Origin: Basidiobolus meristosporus CBS 931.73
Taxonomy: Eukaryota; Fungi; Basidiobolomycota
Direction: 5' to 3'
DNA length: 44,552 bases
Assembly: GCA_002104905.1 (NCBI GenBank)
Contig: MCFE01000692.1
Span: forward strand, 1-44,552
Positions 38,101 through 44,552 of this stretch are shown here, in pieces. A program made the position numbers and the translations under genes. Below the pieces are notes generated by a model. It did no database searches and had not been told where the DNA came from. It worked only from the letters and a program-made list of their open reading frames with translations. Positions within the stretch are counted from its first letter, which is position 1, and each line of letters opens with the position of its first letter.

Positions 38101-39243
38101 GGGAGACAGTTGCCAACAGGTGAAATCTTTATTTCAGTTGAAACAAAGAAGCCAGCACTACTGTTGTAGCTTTGATACAAGAGTGTGTAGCTGCGGGGAA
38201 TTTGTAGGTAAGTTAATAAGAAGTGATGATAGTTCTTCAGTGCTCAAGACACTGTTCAGTGGGAAGGGGGGTAGCAAGAGAGGTAAGAATGACTTGTGAA
38301 CAACATTAATGAGGGGAATGTGATAAGGATTGATATTCATCATAAAGGGAGTGTGCTGCTGCAGATATTGCTGCCAAAGGTCTGTCAAGTATTTCAGGTA
38401 GGCCAGCTTGGGTTTTTCTAACTGCAGAATATAGTGTGCAAACTTCTTAACTTCAGGATCTCCAAGTATAGTTCTCCAGCAGGAGCCAGGTGTAGTGTGA
38501 TGTGTTCTCTTCCAGGCCTTAATCAGTGGGTTGTTGCAGTGGTGAAGTCTGAGATATAATCTGGTTCTAAGGTAGAGAAGTCTGATCTTATAGGGCATAA
38601 ACCCAAAAGCACCAAGAATAGCATGTCTGTAGGGGCATTCAGGCAAATGAGGCACCAAGGAGGTAATGCACCATACTGCAAACTTGTCAAGATTAGTGCA
38701 GTCTCTAGAAGTAAGAGAGAGAAGTGGTAAGCCAGACTCCAGGACAGGGAAGACAAACTGCTTGAGTAGAAGGAGGCAGCTGGGAGCTGAAGTTGTTGGA
38801 GGAGTAACAGCCAGTAGCTTGTGGAGTGCCTGTCTTGCCAGGATAATTCTCTTCTTCAGGTGTGCTCCAGAGTCTAGTCCAGTAGGAAGGAAAGGAAAGC
38901 CAAGATATGTAGCAGAAACCTGAGCAGGTAGAGTGGAGTTCTCCAAGTTGATGGGAGAGCCCAAAGGTACTGTCTTTGCAATGGAAAGCTGGAGATTATT
39001 CTTCTGCAGATACTGGTGGATGGTCTGGGAGTCTTGTTGCACATTGGAGGAGGATATTCTGATGTCATCAGCAAAGAGAGTAACCAGGCAGTCAGCTGAG
39101 AGTCTTGGGAAATCATTCAGGAAGATGGCAAACAGTATAGGACCAAGCACAGAGCCTTGAATCACTCCATTAGGAGCTGAGAACACAGCTGATTGCTCAC
39201 TTGGGTGAAGAATCCTTGCTTGTGGATCTAGAAACAGAGACCT
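38101..39243 (-). mobile_element. 5'-truncated copy of the telomeric non-LTR retrotransposon (3' ~1.15 kb)
   Basis: Highly similar to 40666-41808. Encodes GVIQGSVLGP and LFADDI through the stop. Preceded by TTAGGG and followed by TTAGGTTAGGG. Confidence 0.93.
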
Positions 39244-39254
39244 TTAGGTTAGGG

Positions 39255-39748
39255 GAGGAAAGTCACCAAGTGGTGAAATCTTTATTTACTTATGACAAGT
39301 ATACAAAGAAGCCAAGTTAATCTGAAGTAATTCCTAGAAAGCTAGGTCTGAGAGATATCTACCGGGTAAGCCAGGCCTGAGAGTTGAGAAGCTGAGTGGT
39401 ACTATATTTCCTAGTTAGCTAGGTCTGAGAGAGGTTTCCTGGAAAGCCAGGCCTGAGAAGTGAGAATCTGAGTATATCTGAGGTGAGTTGTACTGATTTG
39501 CGGTAGCATGTTTGTGGCCAGAATGGCCAGTAGACTGGGGGAACTGAGGGGTATTTCTGGGCGATCACTGGCCAAATTTACTAGGCAAATCTGACCAATT
39601 AGCATTTCAAGGATTTCAGCCAATCAGAGCCTTTACTTTGCCCGATGGTTAATCAAGCCATCTCCCAATGAGCACACGTCAATTTATTGATCAAATTTTG
39701 CTGGATCCAGGATTTGAACCCACAACCATGGGTATGGGAGGGTTAGGG
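39255..39748 (-). mobile_element. Telomeric SINE-like element, copy 1 (ends at its internal telomeric repeat)
   Basis: Homologous to 40132-40627. B-box GGTTCAAATCC at 39710-39720 (minus) and 3' hairpin at 39263-39276. Confidence 0.8.
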
Positions 39749-39782
39749 GAGGGAAAGTCACCAAGGTAGGTGAAATCTTTAT
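39749..39782 (-). mobile_element. 34-bp 3'-terminal stub of the SINE/LINE (hairpin only)
   Basis: gagggaaagtcaccaaggtaggtgaaatctttat, directly capped by TTAGGG repeats. Confidence 0.7.
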
Positions 39783-39824
39783 AGGGTTAGGGTTAGGGTT
39801 AGGGTTAGGGTTAGGGGGGGGGGG
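39782..39824 (+). repeat. Interstitial telomeric tract, ~6 TTAGGG units plus a G run
   Basis: Read directly. Confidence 0.95.
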
Positions 39825-40116
39825 AGGAAAGTCACCAAGTGGTGAAATCTTTATTTACTTATGACAAGTATCTAAAGAAGCCAAGTTAATCTGAAGTAAT
39901 TCCTAGAAAGCTAGGTCTGAGAGATATCTTCCTGGTAAGCCAGGTCTGAGAGTTGAGAAGCTGATTGGTACTATATTTCCTAGTTAGCTAGGTCTGAGAG
40001 AGGTTTCCTGGAAAGCCAGGCCTGAGAAGTGAGAATCTGAATATATCTGAGCTAAGTTATACTGGTTTGCGGTAGCTGAATTGTGGGCGGAATGGCCAGT
40101 AGACTAGGGGAACTGA
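39817..40116 (-). mobile_element. Telomeric SINE-like element, copy 2 (5'-truncated, ~300 bp)
   Basis: Homologous to the first 300 bp of 40132-40651 and capped by GGGTTAGGGTTAGGG (40117-40131). Confidence 0.8.
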
Positions 40117-40131
40117 GGGTTAGGGTTAGGG

Positions 40132-40651
40132 GGGAGGAAAGTCACCAAGTGGTGAAATCTTTATTTACTTATGACAAGTATCTAAAGAAGCCAAGTTAAT
40201 CTGAAGTTATTCCTAGAAAGCTAGGTCTGAGAGATATCTTCCTGGTAAGCCAGGTCTGAGAGTTGAGAAGCTGAGTGGTACTATATTTCCTAGTTAGCTA
40301 GGTCTGAGAGAGGTTTCCTGGAAAGCCAGGCCTGAGAAGTGAGAATCTGAATATATCTGAGCTAAGGTATACTGGTTTGCAGTAGCTGAATTGTGGCCGG
40401 AATGGCCAGTAGACTGGGGGAACTGAGATGAATTTCTGGGCAATCACTGGCCAAATTTACTAGGCAAATCTGACCAATTAGCATTTCAAGGATTTCAGCC
40501 AATCAGAGCCTCTACTTTGCCCGATGGTTGATCAAGCCATCTCCCAATGAGCACACATCAATTTATTGATCAAATTTTGCTGGATCCAGGATTTGAACCC
40601 ACAACCATGGCTATGGAAGGGTTAGGGATAACCACAAGGCTAAGTGTTCTT
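40132..40651 (-). mobile_element. Telomeric SINE-like element, apparently full length (~520 bp), with tRNA-like Pol III head
   Basis: The minus strand begins aagaacactTAGCCTTGTGGTtatCCCTAACCCttccatagccatggttgtgGGTTCAAATCCtgg. The A-box-like motif is at 40631-40642 and the B-box at 40589-40599, at tRNA-like spacing. The 3' end is shared with the LINE. Flanked by TTAGGG repeats on both sides, with no long ORF. Confidence 0.75.
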
Positions 40652-40722
40652 GGTTAGGGTTAGGGGGGAGACAGTCACCAACAGGTGAAATCTTTATTTC
40701 AGTTGAAACAAAGAAGCCAGCG

Positions 40723-43491
40723 CTACTGTTGTAGCTTTGATACAAGAGTGTATAGCTGAGGGGAATTTGTAGGTAAGTTAATAAGAAGTGATGATAGTTC
40801 TTCAGTGCTCAAGACACTGTTCAGTGGGAAGGGGGGTAGCAAGAGAGGTAAGAATGACTTGTGAACAACATTAATGAGGGGAATGTGATAAGGATTGATA
40901 TTCATCATAAAGGGAGTGTGCTGCTGCAGATATTGCTGCCAAAGGTCTGTCAAGTACTTCAGGTAGGCCAGCTTGGGTTTTTCTGACTGCAGAATATAGT
41001 GAGCAAACTTCTTGACTTCAGGATCTCCAAGTATAGTTCTCCAGCAGGAGTCAGGTGTTGTGTGGTGTGTTCTCTTCCAGGCCTTAATCAGTGGGTTGTT
41101 GCAGTTGTGAAGTCTGAGGTATAATCTGGTTCTAAGGTAGAGAAGTCTGATTTTATAGGGCATAAACCCAAAAGCACCAAGAATAGCATGTCTGTAGGGG
41201 CATTCAGGCAAATGAGGCACCAAGGAGGTAATGCACCATACTGCAAACTTGTCAAGCTTAGTGCAGTCTCTAGAAGTAAGAGAGAGAAGTGGTAAGCCAA
41301 ATTCCAGGACAGGGAGGACAAACTGCTTGAGTAGAAGGAGGCAGCTGGGAGCTGAAGTTGTAGGAGGAGTAACAGCCAGTAGCTTGTGGAGTGCCTGTCT
41401 TGCCAGGATAATTCTCTTCTTCAGGTGTGCTCCAGAGTCTAGTCCAGTAGGAAGGAAAGGAAAGCCAAGATATGTAGCAGAAACCTGAGCAGGTAGAGTG
41501 GAGTTCTCCAAGTTGATGGGAGAGCCCAAAGGTACTGTCTTTGCAATGGAAAGCTGGAGATTATTCTTCTGCAGATACTGGTGGATGGTCTGGGAGTCTT
41601 GTTGCACATTGGAGGAGGATATTCTGATGTCATCAGCAAAGAGAGTAACCAGGCAGTCAGCTGAGAGTCTTGGGAAATTATTCAGGAAGATGGCAAACAG
41701 TATAGGACCAAGCACAGAGCCTTGAACCACTCCATTAGGAACTGAGAAAACAGCTGATTGCTCACTTGGGTGCAGAATTCTTGCTTGTGGATCCAGAAAC
41801 AGAGACCTGACAAGGAGGGTGAGAGAGGTACTGGAGAAGCATTGCAACTTGGACCAAAGCAGATTTCTGTCAACTGAATCAAAGGCCTTAGTAATATCAA
41901 ACAGAACAGAGGGATACTTGCACTGGAGAGAGTGATCTTGGCTAAGTATGACTGCATATTCCAAGGAGAGGCCAGGAACAAAGCCAAACTGTGCAGGATG
42001 AAACTTGAGAGAGTCAGAGTAGAGCTCCTGAGCAAGCAGAAGCTCAAACACCTTTCTGCAGGTGGGCAGCAGAGATATTGGCCTGTAGGAGCTAGGATCC
42101 AGGTGCTTTCCTTTACCCTTGTACAGTGGCAGAACATTTGCAAAGGACCATTCCTCAGGAGTAGAAAGCTGGGCTGAGCATTGCTGAAACAGTGGAAGCA
42201 GAAGTGCCGACATGGCCTTGGTACTAGTCTTCAGAAGCTCATAGGAGATTGTGTCCACACCTGGAGCAGTAGAGTTGGGAAGCCTCTTGAGCACATTATG
42301 GATTCTCCTTTGATCAAGTGCAAGTGGGATGGGCAGAGTCTTGAAGTCAGGATGAAAGCCAGGAGTTGAGTACTGCTTTGTAGAGAAGAAGATGTTAGCC
42401 AGCTGTTCTGTTGAAGGTAACTTCCTGGAAGAGGGCCTCATTGCCCTGTAGAGTCTTGATACTGTTCTTGTTATAGAGTTGGAAGATTGCAGAGGCAAGG
42501 AACTCATAATATGATCCCAGAGCTGAGTATGCAGAGTGTGGTGAATTGCCTTGGAGTGGTGTATTGCTGTCAGGAGGAGTTTCTCTGTTTTTGGGTTAGG
42601 GAAGCTCAGGTAGCTTTGTTGCAGGGCTGAAACAATGGATTCCCATTTTCTTGAGGTACCAGCAGTAGTCTTGCATGGCAGTGAGAGGGAGGCAGACACC
42701 AGAATAAGATGCTTCACAAAGAGCCAGGCAAAGTTGAGATCATCTGGCTGAGAAAGTAGCAAACTGGCAAGCTTCAAGTAGTTCCCAAAGTCTTTCTTCT
42801 GATTCTTGGTAGCTTTGTGGGTGAGCACAGTAAGTTTTGGCAGCTTCTTCTTCACAACTGGTTGCATAGAAAGGGACCAGGCTGGGTGGTCAGAGGCTCT
42901 CAAGGATCCTAGCTCAGCTCCAGAGAATTGCTTAACTTCATTCACAAAGTAGAGGGCAGCAGCAGAAGGGCAGATCCAGTCAACACATCTTTTCTCAGAT
43001 TGAGCACCTAGTGCTAGCAGGTGGCTTTCTCTCAGGAAGTTCAGTAGGAATGTAGACCTTGGCTTCATTCTTGCAGTCAGAGTAGTCTTGTTCTCAGGAT
43101 GGGGAATGTTGAGATCTCCAAGCAAGATAACAGGTGTTGATATAGATTGTTGGTATTGCTGAACCTTTTGGCATATAACTTGCACTTCCTGAAGGGCTAG
43201 ACTTGGAGGCAGATAGCAGAGCACCAGACTGATAGTTGGCAACTGGAGAGCAGCACAGTAAGGGGAGTAAAGAGGAACACAGAGCTGAGGAGTATTGATG
43301 GTAGAAGAGATGAAGCAGATAGAGGAGGTATTCTTTGTTCTAGGAGTAGAAAAGCAATATAGATTAGTCAAAAGTATAGAGGGTAGCTGGACATCAATCA
43401 AACACAGGAGGGAAAATCTTGAAAGAAGTCTCTCTAGAGTTGGTCTTGATGGCTGTATGCTGTTGCAGTTAAGCAACAGAACTTCAGGTAG
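40723..43491 (-). CDS. LINE ORF2: apurinic-like endonuclease plus reverse transcriptase, uninterrupted
   Basis: EN motifs are LLLNCNSI, CYLPP, ILLGDLN, VDW and SDH. RT motifs are APGVDTI, YRPISLL, QFGF, FDITKAFDSV, GVVQGSVLGP, LFADDI and YLG. There is no ATG before the EN GDLN motif. Confidence 0.93.
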   Translation of the reverse strand, partial: LPEVLLLNCNSIQPSRPTLERLLSRFSLLCLIDVQLPSILLTNLYCFSTPRTKNTSSICFISSTINTPQLCVPLYSPYCAALQLPTISLVLCYLPPSLALQEVQVICQKVQQYQQSISTPVILLGDLNIPHPENKTTLTARMKPRSTFLLNFLRESHLLALGAQSEKRCVDWICPSAAALYFVNEVKQFSGAELGSLRASDHPAWSLSMQPVVKKKLPKLTVLTHKATKNQKKDFGNYLKLASLLLSQPDDLNFAWLFVKHLILVSASLSLPCKTTAGTSRKWESIVSALQQSYLSFPNPKTEKLLLTAIHHSKAIHHTLHTQLWDHIMSSLPLQSSNSITRTVSRLYRAMRPSSRKLPSTEQLANIFFSTKQYSTPGFHPDFKTLPIPLALDQRRIHNVLKRLPNSTAPGVDTISYELLKTSTKAMSALLLPLFQQCSAQLSTPEEWSFANVLPLYKGKGKHLDPSSYRPISLLPTCRKVFELLLAQELYSDSLKFHPAQFGFVPGLSLEYAVILSQDHSLQCKYPSVLFDITKAFDSVDRNLLWSKLQCFSSTSLTLLVRSLFLDPQARILHPSEQSAVFSVPNGVVQGSVLGPILFAIFLNNFPRLSADCLVTLFADDIRISSSNVQQDSQTIHQYLQKNNLQLSIAKTVPLGSPINLENSTLPAQVSATYLGFPFLPTGLDSGAHLKKRIILARQALHKLLAVTPPTTSAPSCLLLLKQFVLPVLEFGLPLLSLTSRDCTKLDKFAVWCITSLVPHLPECPYRHAILGAFGFMPYKIRLLYLRTRLYLRLHNCNNPLIKAWKRTHHTTPDSCWRTILGDPEVKKFAHYILQSEKPKLAYLKYLTDLWQQYLQQHTPFMMNINPYHIPLINVVHKSFLPLLLPPFPLNSVLSTEELSSLLINLPTNSPQLYTLVSKLQQ

Positions 43492-44360
43492 TCAGGCAGA
43501 GGTTGTAGCTTCTTCAGAGGCAGCATTAACAATGTGACCTGCAGAGTCCCAGAGCTCTTCAAATGGTGCATCACTTAAGTCAGCAAGGAGGGAAATGGCA
43601 TGATTCTTGAGGAAGTATGCCACATCATAGGAGGGGGCTTGTCTCTTGATGGCAGCAAAGAAAGACAGAATGGCAACATGGGCTGGAGGCTTGTTGAACA
43701 GTAGAGAGTCAGAGGATTCAGATTCTTCAGGCACTATCTTGAAGTCAGTTTTCAGCCAGTTAAGGTTCTTCTCCACAAAGGCAACAAATGGGTCAGCAAT
43801 GTTTTGGTCTAGGATAACCTCCAGAATCTTCCCTTTTCTCCAGGCCAGGTTGACAATTCTTGAGAGCTGAATATTGCATGCCTTGAGTGCTTTCCTGATG
43901 TTGGAAATGGGGGTCCAAGGAACTTGCTTCAAGTACACCACAGTCCAGGTAGAAGCTGGTGGTAGGTTTGCTGGGGGCTTGTAAGTCCTTCTGTGTTGCA
44001 ATGGAGCTGCAGTAGTCAGATTGGAGTCCACATTCTCAGTAGAAGGTTTTCTTGATGTGTCTTGCTGAATAGTACTGGAGCTGGATGTGCTGATAATTCT
44101 TGCTAGAACCTTGCCTGCATAAGTCTGAGGTATAGCTGAGGTGACTGTAGAGGTGGTGGCAGCTGGTGCAGGTGGAGAGGCAGAGACTGAAGCAGGAACT
44201 GAGGTCACCTGGGAGAAGGCAGTAGAAGCAGATTTTCTGGGAGGAACAGAGTTCACTATCCAGTTGTTCTGTAAAACACTGGAGTAGCTTTTCTGTGGAA
44301 CAGGATCTTGCTCTTGAACAGGAACAGAAGCAGGAGGCTGGGGCTGAGCAGTAGTGGTAA
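43492..44360 (-). CDS. LINE ORF1 (gag-like), 5'-truncated
   Basis: The frame stays open from the telomere junction (LTTTAQPQPPASVPVQEQDPVPQKSYSSVLQNNWIVNSVPP...) to TGA at 43494-43492. It is P/S/T-rich, then has a folded segment (WTVVYLKQVPWTPISNIRKAL). Assignment rests on position rather than a recognised domain. Confidence 0.75.
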
Positions 44361-44552
44361 GGGTTAGGGTTAGGGTTAGGGTTAGGGTTAGGGTTAGGGT
44401 TAGGGTTAGGGTTAGGGTTAGGGTTAGGGTTAGGGTTAGGGTTAGGGTTAGGGTTAGGGTTAGGGTTAGGGTTAGGGTTAGGGTTAGGGTTAGGGTTAGG
44501 GTTAGGGTTAGGGTTAGGGTTAGGGTTAGGGTTAGGGTTAGGTTAGGTTAGG
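44361..44552 (+). repeat. Terminal telomere (TTAGGG)n, ~32 units, G-strand pointing to the window end
   Basis: Read directly. The last few units are TTAGG. Confidence 0.99.

Larger units (their letters stand above)
40666..44360 (-). mobile_element. APE-type non-LTR retrotransposon at the telomere, 5'-truncated within ORF1 and capped by the telomere
   Basis: Contains ORF1, ORF2 (EN-RT) and a ~57-nt 3' UTR. No poly(A) and no LTR. Both ends abut TTAGGG repeats. Confidence 0.93.

Noticed and set aside
40132-40651. Possibility that the Pol III-type RNA containing CCCUAACCC is the telomerase RNA
   Set aside because: It is multi-copy, 5'-truncated, inserted in telomeric repeats and shares the LINE 3' end. 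All of this fits a SINE better, and no pseudoknot or other TER element could be supported by eye.
42593-42601. GGGTTAGGG inside LINE ORF2
   Set aside because: It encodes FPNP in an open frame, is a single occurrence, and no breakpoint is seen there.
44354-44551. ORF of VRVRVR repeats, and ORF1 running into the telomere as LTLT
   Set aside because: These are translations of TTAGGG/CCCTAA repeats. Two of three frames on the C-strand are stop-free by chance.
44535-44552. TTAGG (insect-type) variant units at the extreme end
   Set aside because: Only a few units at the contig end, where homopolymer errors are likely. The one internal TTAGG (39244) is too little to claim a second repeat type.

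Overview
Right-hand chromosome end of an intron-containing fungus. The HSF sequence, short introns and TTAGGG telomere suggest an early-diverging, Zoopagomycota/Mucoromycota-like lineage (inference only). From left to right the window holds an HSF-type transcription factor, a decayed Ty1/copia element nested inside an older solo LTR, fibrillarin (NOP1) and APRT. Next comes a putative iron-regulated siderophore module (ABCB exporter, an intronless ornithine N5-monooxygenase/IucB-type acyltransferase fusion and a membrane-anchored AIF/FSP1-like oxidoreductase) marked by nine ATCWGATAA sites. It is followed by a head-to-head palindromic pair of signal-peptide-bearing guanine deaminases and a UNC-93/DUF895 transporter. 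The last ~6.4 kb (38095-44552) is a head-to-tail array of telomere-associated retroelements separated by TTAGGG repeats and ending in the telomere. The array contains an APE-type non-LTR retrotransposon whose ORF1 and ORF2 are in frame across a single UGA-CUA readthrough-type stop and which is almost free of CpG. It also contains a ~520-bp tRNA-headed SINE that shares the LINE's 3' hairpin and carries an internal telomeric repeat. This LINE/SINE telomere system is the strongest candidate for an undescribed system. All calls were made by eye, with no database searches.
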